From assembly GCF_000143415.4 (NCBI RefSeq), contig NW_003314286.1:1859718-1923717 (forward strand): a DNA stretch of 64,000 nucleotides, given 5' to 3'. Source of the DNA: Selaginella moellendorffii. Lineage: Eukaryota; Plantae; Lycopodiophyta. The notes under the pieces were generated by a model. That model made no database searches and was not told where the DNA came from. It saw only the letters and a list, made by a program, of their open reading frames with translations. Of this stretch, positions 28,899 to 41,036 are shown one piece after another; positions within the stretch are counted from its first letter, which is position 1; each line of letters begins with the position of its first letter. The translations under genes and the position numbers were made by a program.

Positions 28899-29896
28899 TG
28901 TAAGCGACTAAATTTTCCATTCTACTTTAGTCACTTAACCACACTTTTGACCACTTGGAGGAGTCTCATTCACAACCTCCTTAAGTCCAATTTAGGACTT
29001 GGGACTTGCTAGCCCCGAGGATGGCATCCATGCCAGTCATCCCTTGCACTTAGTCCAAGTGCTCCACGTGTCCGGTCCCAAGACCGACACCCAAAGGTAC
29101 CACTGACATATCGGCCCGTTACGCTAAAGCCATGCCCATTCACCTTTGCCGCACTAGTGATCTAATACCACTTGCATCACAATCCCGTCTCTCCAAGACT
29201 GAGCCATCCATTCATGAGTGATCATCCCAGATCCACTCCTTAGCATCCTTAGAATGCTTACAGATATGGGGAATAGCCTTCCCCAATATCCCTTTGTCAG
29301 TTCCTACCAAGTCCCTTTACTGTCCATGGCTGTGTTCACCAACACTACCACTGGATTGAGGCCCACAGGCCCGACCACTAAGTCCCACGGTCCTCTGGGA
29401 CTTCCTCACCATGTGACTATATCCTTAGTCACTACCTCAAAGGACTGCTCCTCTTCCTTTCCACAGTCTGGGCCTTTGGGACAACATTTCGGAACACTGT
29501 GGCCTTACGCGAGCCATTGGGTACTCTCCCCACCTTCTGCCTTTAGGTGCTCTAGCCATGGGCTTAGAGCGAGGTTCCGTTGAGCCACGCCTGGTATCCA
29601 AGTAGGTAGTGCCACCCACACTTGGACTGGGAGCATCGGCCAGTCGATCTCCCGGGGGAACTAGAGCCGACTCTTGAACACTTCACCAAGCTACCCCGCT
29701 TGTCGGTCCATATTCACTCTAGTCTTGGACTTCCTAGTGGTCAGTTCATCACCCAACATTGGGTCTGGCCTTCCTGGGCCAAACTGGCCTTTCTCGGCCA
29801 AACTGGCTCCACTGCAATCCTCCCCCTTACTATACTTTTGGAGCTCACCAAACCCCCGGGTTTGGGAGACGAACGCTTTGGGCTTTCACCCTCTCA

Positions 29897-30290
29897 GACT
29901 CGAACTCGGACTCGAACTCGGACTCGGACTCGAACTCGGACTTGAACTTGGGCTCGGTCTCGGCCTCCGCCTCGGTCTCGGTCCCAGTCTTGGTCTCGGT
30001 CTCGGTCCCGGTCTCGGTCTCGGTCTCGGTCCCGGTCTCAATCTCGGTCTCGGTCCCGATCTCAGTCTCAACCTCGGACTCCATCTCGAGTCCTTTTCGG
30101 ACTCCATCTCGGATTCCATCTTGGGTCCATCTCGGACTCCGTCTCGGTCCATCTCGGACTCCATCTTGGACTCCACCTCGGACTCCATCTCGGACTCCAT
30201 CTCGGTCCATCTCGGACTCCATCTCGGACTCCGTCTCGGTCCATCTCGGACTCCATCTCGGACTCCACTTCGGACTCCATCTCGGACTCT
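29897..30290. repeat. LTR-borne satellite: (CTCGG[A/T])n hexamers followed by (GGACTCCATCTC)n 12-mers; also at 35563-35845 and 37526-37818
   Basis: Directly visible tandem arrays; copy number differs between LTR copies. Confidence 0.9.
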
Positions 30291-33200
30291 TCCACGTGTC
30301 ATGTGTTGGTCCTTTTGGGTCCCTTTTTGGAGCCTCGCTTATTGCTCACTTTGTGCTTGTTCCTCAAGCACTTTGTTGGGAGTTCCACTCCCGCTCTCAA
30401 CCTTCCAAGTCGGAGCTTTTATTCCAAACGGATCACGCTCGTTTGGCTTTTGCTTCAGCCACTACCACGTGGCACTCTTTCCAGCTCTACTTTGGGGCCT
30501 AAGGATTTTGTGTCTCACAACTCCACCACCCATAGACGAAGTTCGATGTCCTCATCGAATAGTAAACCCTTTTATAAAGTAACACCCACAGGTATTACCA
30601 TTCCCATCCTTGGCACCCGGCCAATATTTGTCTATGGTTTGACCTCGAAGGCTCACCATGCCTTGTCCATCCTCTAAGGAGGATAGTCTCTCCAACTTAG
30701 AGACTAATTGGACCACTTGTGGTGGTTCTTTCCGTTTATTGGTTTAGTTCTCGCTAAACCTGTTAGAGACACCCTCTCTAACTCAATTCCACTACTCATT
30801 CTTGAGTAGTCACAGATTCCATTGATCTACCTTTGCACTTTGGAACGTTTACTTTTGACTTCTTGAAGTCAATTTCCTAGATGTCTCCGACACCTTGCCT
30901 TGCACATTTTGTGCAACTCCACTTCCCCTCCTAGGAAGTTCTCTACTCGAGGGCACCCTCATCCTCTTTTCTATTTTTGTGCCCCCATTGGCATTATGTT
31001 CCATTTATCATTATTTGTGCTAGGGCTGTCCATGGCCCTATCTTTTGGCTACTTAGTTACTCCCTCACTTGGAGCCTTTCCTTTGCCAAATTGGAGCACT
31101 TGGGAATCCATCCTTGGAAGTCCACTTCTTTTTCCGCAATCCGTTAGCATCAACCACATTAGTGTTCCTTGGCTAACTTTGCCACTTGGATTCTTTCCAA
31201 TGGATTCCACGGCCCTATCTTGGGCACTCGTCTTTTGCTCCTATCCTTGGATTGTTGCACCAAGCAACATAGGATCATTACCTCCCTCCTTGAGGTATTC
31301 TTTTGGTTCCATAGCAAAGGATCTGTTTTGCCCAGACTAGCGTGTTCACCCCTAGTAAGTCTCCCTAATTGTTTTAGGCTCTCTTCCTAGCCCAACCTTG
31401 TGACCCACCCATGGGCCTGTATCTGGAGACTATTTTCTTGAACTCATAATACCATTGTATTGTAGTAGTTCATTTCCCTTAGGTGTCCTTCCCACTTAGT
31501 CACCTTGACCAAGCCACACCTTTATCAATAGTTCAAATCAACACTTTGAACTAGGAATCATATTCCTTAACCCAAACAAAGACTTTGTCCTTGTTTAGCC
31601 ATAAGATCACCTAGTGATCTTATCTTGACCCCTTAATAGGTCTACCAATAGGAATTAGGTCTTCCAGACCTTACTAAGTTGTTGACTATGACCCCGGGGG
31701 CATCCCCCACACTTGGCAGTGTGCCCAAGCTAGCCCTTCTGGCCAAGGATCCATAGCAACAGAGACTAGGTGTCCCCATCTCATCCTTGGTGCCTTTTGC
31801 ACCAAAGTGTTCAAGTTAGATATGCCGAGCTTTCACTCTAAGCAATCTAACCGTGCATCATGACTCCGGGGCATCCCCCGCTTGGTGGTGTGCCCAATCC
31901 AATCTTCTCATTGAGAGTCCATGACCACCAAAATATGAGTGTCCTCATATTCCAAACCATCACCACGCCCTAGCGATTTGGGACTCGAACCCAAGCACTA
32001 GAGGGTCGGGACTCGAACCCAACCTCCGTATATGCATCTAAGGACGGCATCACCCAGGATGCCTGGCATAACTCCCCACGCCGGTGCACCAACTTATACT
32101 CAAAGCGCGCTACAGATCACAGCTTAGGAACCTAGTTCCTCCACACTGCCAAGTCCTCTCACTTGACAAGTCTGTGATCATGCATGGACTCCTCCATGCT
32201 TGGCCCCATGGCCCACCCCTTTTGAAGTTATCACCTTCAACTAGGGTATTTGTTCCCCTGACTTGCCAATCTCGCTTTGGCAAGCCCTCCGACCACTGTA
32301 ACATGGTTCCTGCACAAGCGTGAAAGCCCTTGATCATCGACTTTCATTCAAAGCCCTCTCTTTGAACACTCGGGAACTACCTCCATAACCTTGATAGCCT
32401 TGCCTCATGGCAAGTTTCAAGACCACGCTTCTGCTGCGCCACTCTGATTTCGCACGTTCCTTGAACCATTTATGCTTGGCCTTTCTAGGTACTAAGCTAC
32501 CTAGAATCATCTTTGGGAACCTTGAAGGAACTCTGTCCTTTAGCTTGCTAAGGCCTCCCTTTTTGCAAGCTTTCCAATTACTATATAGTCTAACATAGAC
32601 AATTCCATATTTTAGACTCTCCATGGCATCACGGTTGTTAGCGGCAACACCCTCGAGCCCCCACTTGATTCCCCACTCCCAGCTGGCATAACCAACCTTG
32701 GTTATGCCCTTCGATTCCTATGGTTCGGTTCTACCCCCTTACTTCTTATTTTTGGCTTCACACATTTCTTTTGGTCATTCTCCTCCAGACCAGGAGGATA
32801 GCTTTGCACTTTTTATCATGCCTTAGCAAGTATTCTTAGGGATGAACCTACCCGATAGCCTAGGGAGTGGTTCCTCAATCTAGGTATGCTCACCCTATAA
32901 TCCTACACACCGAGATTACGTTGTTGCTTATGGGCCTTTACATGCCCATCGCTAGCTTTGCCAAAATTCCATTTTTGGCTTTGTCCAATTCGAGTAGATA
33001 GTCTTCTCCTGTCTCCGCCACCTTGAACATTTGGATAGCACCTTCTATCCATCATTCACTAGGGACTTAGTCCCTTGGGCCTTATTTATTGCCCTCGCAA
33101 CATCAAACACCACCTCCTGGTGTTCTAGAGTGTTCGGGTGTCCCAATGACGGCTTCCTTAACAATGAGTATTTCCTTTCATGACATTGACTTACTATATC

Positions 33201-36049
33201 GCAATATAAACAACTTATCCCCCGTAAGGGTATATCCAACTTCCTTATGCCATTAAGAAGGCTTGGGTAGCTACCTTCTACCCGTTTAACCAATTATTTT
33301 GCACCTCTTGCTTAGTTACCTCATAGTTGTCAAGTCCTACAACTCATTGCTGGTGCTTCCACACCTCCATCATTATCTGGGTCACCACACTCCAACTGCA
33401 TGCTCTGCAACTTAGGCTATGCCATTCCCATTTCCATTGGGATTCCTTTGGCAAGGGGTTCTCATGAACCCACCAACATAGCCTCAAGGTATCACACCTT
33501 GGCACATTTGGTGTCTCCACACCATCGGCTCCACGAGCCTACCTCTATGACACTTCTTCTTTGTTGTCTAGGTCTTTGCCAAGACTAATACCACTCTTTC
33601 TCATGCCAACCATCCGTTAGCACTGCACCATAGAGGTCACACACAACTTTGTTTCAAAGTTGTTTTCTTTTGGGAACACCCTTCCCACGACTTTAGCATG
33701 GCACATTTTGCCATCGATGAGATACCCTCTGTTCTCATCTTTGGATCCTATGATCCCCCTCATCCTTCGTGGGGTACCACACACCTCAGTCCAAATGCTT
33801 CTATCAATCCTTTAGGATTATTCCTTGACTCTATTGGAGTCATCCAGCTTTTTGGACTTTGTCATCTAACGACCCATGAGGTCCTACCTTTGAGGTGCCA
33901 ACTCACTGGAATACAACTTCTTGTATTCAGATCCTACTCACAAGGACCATCTTTGCAAGTGTTACTCCGACACTTGATTTGTTCTCTTGGGGCAACCTTT
34001 TGCCTCTTAGGACCATTTGTCCGTGTGATGAGATTACCAACTCATCCTCTAAGTACATCCCCAACTCCTTGGGTTGTTCTAGCATTTATCAAGGGTAACC
34101 TCAGCTACCATTTCGAGGACTTGTGTCCTCTCCTATATTTGACCTCCCATGGTCATTAATTCCGGTCTCAAAGTTATGAGCACTGGCCTCAACTATATGA
34201 GGGTAATCTTGTGACTCCTTTATTATTTTGGAGTCTACATCTTTCCCGTGATCCCAATTATAGTTGTTTACCACAACTACGTTAGCCCGTTTGCTGCATC
34301 AAACACTCATCTGAATCACATCCTCAGCTCTCTGAGGAAACCTTATACTGTTCCCAAGATCCCAAAGTCATTCTATTATTGGCCCTTTTCTATCCACCAC
34401 ATCGTGCCCAAGTTCACGCATGAACTTGAGTGGAGAGCCATGTCCTCTCGACATGCTACTCCTCAAGGATAGGCCCACTCCTAGGGCCTTCCAATGCCAA
34501 CATCAATGGTGATATACTTGAGCACCAATAAAAGTCGGACTAAGGAACAGCTTCGATACCAAGTTGTAAGCGACTAATTTTTCCATTCTACTTTAGTCAC
34601 TTAACCACACCTCCGACCAATTGGAGGAGTCTCACTCACAACCTCCATAAGTCCTATTTCAAACTTGGGCTTGCTAGCCCCGAGAATGGCATCCCCACCA
34701 CCCAACCTTTGCACTTGGTCCAAGTGCTCCACGTGACCGATCCCATGACCAACACTCCAAGGTACCACCAACATATCAGCCCGTTACGCTAAGGCCATCC
34801 CATTCACCTTGGTCACACCGGTGGTTTGACACCACCTCCATCACAGTCCCGTCCCTCAAAGACTGGGCCATCCGTTCATGAGTGATCATCCCAGATCCAC
34901 TCCTTAGCATCCTAGGATGCTGACAGACATGGGGAATAGCCTTCCCCCAATGTCCCTTTTTTGGTCCCCACCAAGTCCCTTTATTGTTCATGGCCGTGTT
35001 CACCAACACTACCACTGGATCGAGGCCCACAGGCTCGACCACTAAGTCCCACGGTCCTCTGGGACTTCCTCACCACACGACTGTGTCCTTAGTCACTACC
35101 CCAGAGGACTGCTCCTCTTCCTTTCCACAGTCTGGGCCTTTGGGACAACATTTCGGAACACCGTGGCCTTACGCGAGCCATTGGGTACTCTCCCCACCTT
35201 TCGCCTTTAGGTGCTCTAGCCATGGGCTTAGAGCGAGGTTCCATTGAGCCACGCCTGGTATCCAAGTAGGTAGTGCCACCCACACTTGGACTGGGAGCAT
35301 CGGCCAGTCGATCTCCTAGGGGAACTAGAGCCGGCTCTTGAACACTTCACCAAGCTACCCCGCTTGTCGGTCCGTATTCACTCTAGTCTTGGACTTCCCA
35401 GTGGTCAGTTCATCACCCAACACTGGGTCTGGCCTTCCTGGGCCAAACTGGCCTTTCCTGGCCAAACTGGCTCCACTGCAGTCCTCCCCCTTACTATACT
35501 TTTGGAGCTCACCAAACCCCCCAGGGTCTGGGAGACGAACGCTTTGGGCTTTCACCCTCTCAGACTCGAACTCGGACTCGGACTCGGACTCGGACTCGGA
35601 CTCGGACTCGGGCTCAGTCTCGGCCTCCGCCTCAGTCTCGGTCTCGGTCCCGGTCTTGGTCTCGGTCCCGGTCTTGGTCTTGGTCTTGGTCTCGGTCTCG
35701 GTCTTGGTCTTGGTCTCGACCTCGAACTCCATCTCGGGTCTTTCTTAGACTCCATCTCAGATTCCATCTCAGGTCTATCTCGGACTCCATCTCGGTCTAT
35801 CTCGGACTCCATCTTGGATCCATCTCGGACTCCATCTTGGACTCTTCCACGTGTCATGTGTTGGTCCTTTTGTGTCCCTTTTCTAGAGAGTCACTTATTG
35901 CTCGCTTCGTGCTTGTTCCTCGAGCATTTTGTTAGGAGTCCACTGAAGCTCTTGATTTTTCAAGTTGGAGCTTTTAGTCCAAATGTGTTATGCTTGTTTA
36001 GCTTTAACTTCGGCCACTACCACGTGACACTCTTTTGGCTCCACTTTGG

Positions 36050-38047
36050 TGTAAGCGACTAATTTTTCCATTCTACTTTAGTCACTTAACCACACCTCCG
36101 ACCAATTGGAGGAGTCTCACTCACAACCTCCATAAGTCCTATTTCAAACTTGGGCTTGCTAGCCCCGAGAATGGCATCCCCATCACCCAACCTTTGCACT
36201 TGGTCCAAGTGCTCCATGTGACCGATCCCATGACCAACACTCCAAGGTACCACCAACATATCAGCCCGTTACGCTAAGGCCATGCCCATTCACCTTGGTC
36301 ACACCGGTGGTCTGACACCAACTCCATCACAGTCCCGTCCCTCAAAGACTGGGCCATCCATTCATGAGTGATCATCCCAGATCCACTCCTTAGGATCCTT
36401 AAGATGCCGACAGACATGGGGAATAGCCTTCCCCCAATGTCCCTTTTCTGGTCCCTACCAAGTCCCTTTACTGTCCATGGCTGTGTTCACCAACACTACC
36501 ACTGGATTGAGGCCCACAGGCCCGACCACTAAGTCCCACGGTCCTCTGGGNNNNNNNNNNNNNNNNNNNNNNNNNNNNNNNNNNNNNNNNNNNNNNNNNN
36601 NNNNNNNNNNNNNNNNNNNNNNNNNNNNNNNNNNNNNNNNNNNNNNNNNNNNNNNNNNNNNNNNNNNNNNNNNNNNNNNNNNNNNNNNNNNNNNNNNNNN
36701 NNNNNNNNNNNNNNNNNNNNNNNNNNNNNNNNNNNNNNNNNNNNNNNNNNNNNNNNNNNNNNNNNNNNNNNNNNNNNNNNNNNNNNNNNNNNNNNNNNNN
36801 NNNNNNNNNNNNNNNNNNNNNNNNNNNNNNNNNNNNNNNNNNNNNNNNNNNNNNNNNNNNNNNNNNNNNNNNNNNNNNNNNNNNNNNNNNNNNNNNNNNN
36901 NNNNNNNNNNNNNNNNNNNNNNNNNNNNNNNNNNNNNNNNNNNNNNNNNNNNNNNNNNNNNNNNNNNNNNNNNNNNNNNNNNNNNNNNNNNNNNNNNNNN
37001 NNNNNNNNNNNNNNNNNNNNNNNNNNNNNNNNNNNNNNNNNNNNNNNNNNNNNNNNNNNNNNNNNNNNNNNNNNNNNNNNNNNNNNNNNNNNNNNNNNNN
37101 NNNNNNNNNNNNNNNNNNNNNNNNNNNNNNNNNNNNNNNNNNNNNNNNNNNNNNNNNNNNNNNNNNNNNNNNNNNNNNNNNNNNNNNNNNNNNNNNNNNN
37201 NNNNNNNNNNNNNNNNNNNNNNNNNNNNNNNNNNNNNNNNNNNNNNNNNNNNNNNNNNNNNNNNNNNNNNNNNNNNNNNNNNNNNNNNNNNNNNNNNNNN
37301 NNNNNNNNNNNNNNNNNNNNNNNNNNNNNNNNNNNNNNNNNNNNNNNNNNNNNNNNNNNNNNNNNNNNNNNNNNNNNNNNNNNNNNNNNNNNNNNNNNNN
37401 NNNNNNNNNNNNNNNNNNNNNNNNNNNNNNNNNNNNNNNNNNNNNNNNNNNNNNNNNNNNNNNNNNNNNNNNNNNNNNNNNNNNNNNNNNNNNNNNNNNN
37501 NNNNNNNNNNNNNNNNNNNNNNNNNACTCCATCTCGGACTCCGTCTCGGTCCATCTCAGACTCCATCTCGGACTCCACCTCGGACTCCATCTCGGACTCC
37601 ATCTCGGTCCATCTCGGACTCCATCTCAGACTCTGTCTCGGTCCATCTCGGACTCCATCTCAGTATCCACTTCGGACTCCATCTCGGACTCCACTTCGGT
37701 ATCCATCTCGGACTCCATCTCGGTCCATCTCGGACTCCACCTCGGACTCCATCTCGGTCCATCTCAGACTCCATCTCAGACTCCGTCTCGGTCCATCTCG
37801 GACTCCATCTTGGACTCTTCCACGTGTCATGTGTTGGTCCTTTTGGGTCCCTTTTTGGAGCCTCGCTTATTGCTCGCTTTGTGCTTGTTCCTCAAGCACT
37901 TTGTTGGGAGTTCCACTCCCGCTCTCGACCTTCCAAGTCGGAGCTTTTATTCCAAACGGGTCACGCTCGTTTGGCTTTTGCTTCAGCCACTACCACATGG
38001 CACCCTTTCCAGCTCCACTTTGGGGCCTAGGGATTTTGTGTTTCACA
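36050..38047 (-). mobile_element. Same-family LTR insertion (solo LTR if the gap size is right) nested in the 5' LTR
   Basis: TGTAAG...TTTCACA termini; perfect TSD TTTGG at 36045-36049 and 38048-38052; the host LTR resumes at 38053. Confidence 0.85.
36551..37525. other. Assembly gap
   Basis: Run of N. Confidence 1.
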
Positions 38048-38394
38048 TTTGGGGCTTAAGGATTTGTGTCTCATAGAAGCAAATGGTTTGGATTGAAACT
38101 AATTTAATGGCTAGCAAAATTTTACTATGCTAATATTAGTATATGGCATTGTAACCATACACTTATACCACACAATTATATTTTTAGTTTTAGAATATCC
38201 TTAATTCTACTAATTTAAATTTTCATTTGTTATCAAAAGAGTTAATCTAAAACTCAAATTTAATAGTCATTTTAATTTTCCCATCTTTTTTTAATTCTTA
38301 ATATTATGTATATATTTATTAAAAAATTATATACCATTTATCTATAAATACTCTCAAAATTACTAAATTTTTAAAATTTTATAAATACAATTAA

Positions 38395-38980
38395 TGTAAA
38401 GCTTGAATATAAATAACAACTTTATTTAAACTTCTCAGCTTAATATTACTTAAACTAAAGATATTTAACCCCAATTATTCTAAAACTCTTAAGTAATTAT
38501 AAAAGAGGGTGCTATAAAATCCTGAATTTAAACTTCACAAGAGGTTATCTAGCAAAGACATTTAACCCCAAGTATCCCTAAACTATTAACCAATTAAAAA
38601 AAATACACTTTTATTCATGGGCTTTTTTCTTCTATATTTGAATCCGTCTTAAGCAAATGTGCTCTTTTGACACTCTACCCCTAAAGTTTAGCCCAAGTGG
38701 AGCAAATAACTGCCAAATATTAATCTTAATTATAAGGTGTGATTCCTTTAGCAAATAAGCAAAGTTAGACCTGAGATCTAAATATAAATGCAAAACCTTT
38801 TTTATATTTAATGTAAGTTCCTGAATTTAAACTTCCTGAGATGTGACTTAGCCTAATAACCCAAGGACGCTTAACCCTAAATATTTAAAAAAGGGATGCA
38901 CTTTTTATTCATGGTCCTTTTCTTTCTATATTTAAACCTTTATAAATCATCTTTTGGGTCATTCTTTTTAGTTTTTTACA
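38395..38980 (-). mobile_element. Cassandra-like TRIM remnants (two partial LTRs, internal region, LTR 38812-38980)
   Basis: Colinear with 27163-27738; the minus strand reads GGTTAAGCGTCCTTGGG, close to 5S box A AGTTAAGCGTGCTTGGG. Confidence 0.72.
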
Positions 38981-39339
38981 ATTGCTAACTTATTTTCATT
39001 TCTCAAGTTTTCTAAATTCAATTAGAAATGAATAGAATAAATAGACTATGATTAAATTAGGGAACTAACTAGCTTTATTAGTTGATGTTGGCAAATATAC
39101 ATACTTATTTAATTAGAAAAGGATGTAAGAATTTTAGAACACAATACAATAAGTGATGTTCTTTTAAAAGTTTATGTTATTTTCAGAACTTTCTTAGCAC
39201 TTTCTTTCTTTTTTGTCAAGATAATTAGCCTTTATTTAGAATATTGCTGATTAGCACCATTTCTCATTCATATCAACTGAACAAATTTTGTGGTGGTAGC
39301 AATCACAATGCAATGATATTACTTGATTTAATAACATGA

Positions 39340-39670
39340 GAGATCAAAGATTAAACAAAAGTGGCAGTGATAAATGTAAATTAGCTTTATCTTCCACTAT
39401 AAATACTTCAGTGCACCACTTTAGATATAGTCTCCTTTAGGTTTTATTTCAACCACAGTAATTGTCAAGATAATTAGTATTTATTTACAGTGTTACTCCC
39501 CTCATTCTTATCAACTAAACTAACTTTGTGGTACTACTTGATTTAATGAGATAAAAATATTGGGATTGAATATTAAATAAAACTGGTAGTGATAAATGTA
39601 AATTAGCTTCATCTTCCACTATGCACCATCTTAGATATACTCTCCTTAGTTTTATTTCAACCACAGCAAT
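39340..39670. repeat. Direct repeat of about 110-130 bp in AT-rich DNA
   Basis: AGTGATAAATGTAAATTAGCTT..TCTTCCACTAT..TGCACCA..TTAGATATA..TTTTATTTCAACCACAG at about 39366 and 39587. Confidence 0.75.
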
Positions 39671-40291
39671 ACTTATCTCCCTAGAAGAAAGAAAAACAAT
39701 TCTTTGACTTTGGCTCCACAAGTAAATAATAGTAACTTACAAGGTTGCAACTTCGAAATTATTTATAATGACACATCATGCTGAAAAAGAAAATTGACAA
39801 GGCTAAGATGGCAAAGTAATCACATGCTTAACCTATAACTCTTCCCATTCCAAATGTTGGCATACAAAATAACACACTTCCAAAGAAAAAAAAGCCTACA
39901 TAAAACACACATATACACTGCCTTTGTAACCTAATGTGCTACTGTCTTTACAAGGCAAGGGAAAATATTTGAGTAACAGAAGAAAATCTAAAGTTTTACT
40001 TGGTACAAACCTTATGAATGTTTAACATTCTCTAACAATCATTCACAAATCACCACTACAATTATCAATTCAACAGAGTGAACACCAGAAAATGGAGTTT
40101 GACTATAGTGGCATTTGGTTTTGCTCACTCTTTCCCCTCTTGTACATTCTAGTACTAGTACTAGATTATAACTGTTAATTTAAACACGTTTTGTATTAGT
40201 GATAACTAAAAATATTGATTATAAGAGTTTAAAAGAGAAATATCCTAAATATATTTAGATATTCTAGTATATTCCTCTTCTAAAGCAAAAG

Positions 40292-41036
40292 TCACACAAT
40301 TCTTTGCTGGCTAAGTTGGGTTTCTAGTGCAGCTGTTGATTCCTGGAGGAGTGATCTTGCCTCGTTCCTTCTCCTGATCAAATCAGGGAGAAAATATGAA
40401 TACAAAAACGAGTTCCAATGCTTACTTGTGAACTTCTTCCACAGCTTGCTTTCGTCTTTGCACTTGGGTCTCGAGAATGCGAATAAGTGTCGCTCTGGCC
40501 TGGAGAACGATACTTTGCATGAGCAGACAAGAAAGGATTTTGTTTTTGTCAAACCTGGTGTGGTCTGAGTGAATTGAGCAAGTGATGCATGTTTCTGAGA
40601 ATGAGCCCCATGTCTTCCACTCTTCGAGCATACTGAGAAGGCCTCTCCACCAAAACGTCGGCGAGCTCCATCATCTGGAGCACAAGCTCTCGGTTCAAAG
40701 CCTTGAGCTCCTTCTTGTAGTCTAATCTCCCAAAGTTTGAGGACAAAGATCAATCCACTGGAAAAATTCTTGGTCGAGTCCAACTTACCAATGTTGGGTC
40801 CTATGGGATACAATTGACGAAGCCCCACTTCCTCCAAACTGGGTAGTGTATCGTCAGTCTGAAAGCTCAAGCTTATAAGAGAAGAAAAAAGGAGAAGAGG
40901 GTCTAACCGTGTACGTGTTCCCAAACACGGAGTAAGTTCCCTGGAGCGGCGGAGGCGGCGATGGCGCGGAGGCTGGATCCTTGTAGAGCGTGTAATAGGG
41001 AGGCGGTGGCGGATAGGCAGCAGAAGTAGTAGCCAT
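40292..41036 (-). CDS. MED7: Mediator subunit 7, 5 exons
   Basis: YPPPPPYY..PPPPLQGTYSVFG|TDDTLPSLEEVGLRQLYP|DYKKELKALNREL..RNMHHLLNSLRPHQ|ARATLIRILE. Confidence 0.95.

Larger units (their letters stand above)
28899..38075 (-). mobile_element. Degenerate or non-autonomous LTR retrotransposon (about 1.6-kb LTRs, 4-kb internal region), probably Ty3/gypsy-derived
   Basis: 3' LTR 28899-30519; minus-strand PPT GGGTGGTGGAG at about 30521-30531; tRNA-Met PBS (minus strand TGGTATCGAAGC) at about 34550-34561; 5' LTR 34565-36049 plus 38053-38075; only a faint gag-like WW..SWEQYK remnant near 34340-34400; no intact pol; no matching outer TSD. Confidence 0.85.

Noticed and set aside
29622-30582. Ser-Asp, Leu-Gly and Arg-Pro repeat ORFs (also 35286-36062 and 37526-38030)
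   Set aside because: Translations of the LTR satellite
36468-38030. Long ORFs spanning X residues
   Set aside because: Artefacts of the N gap
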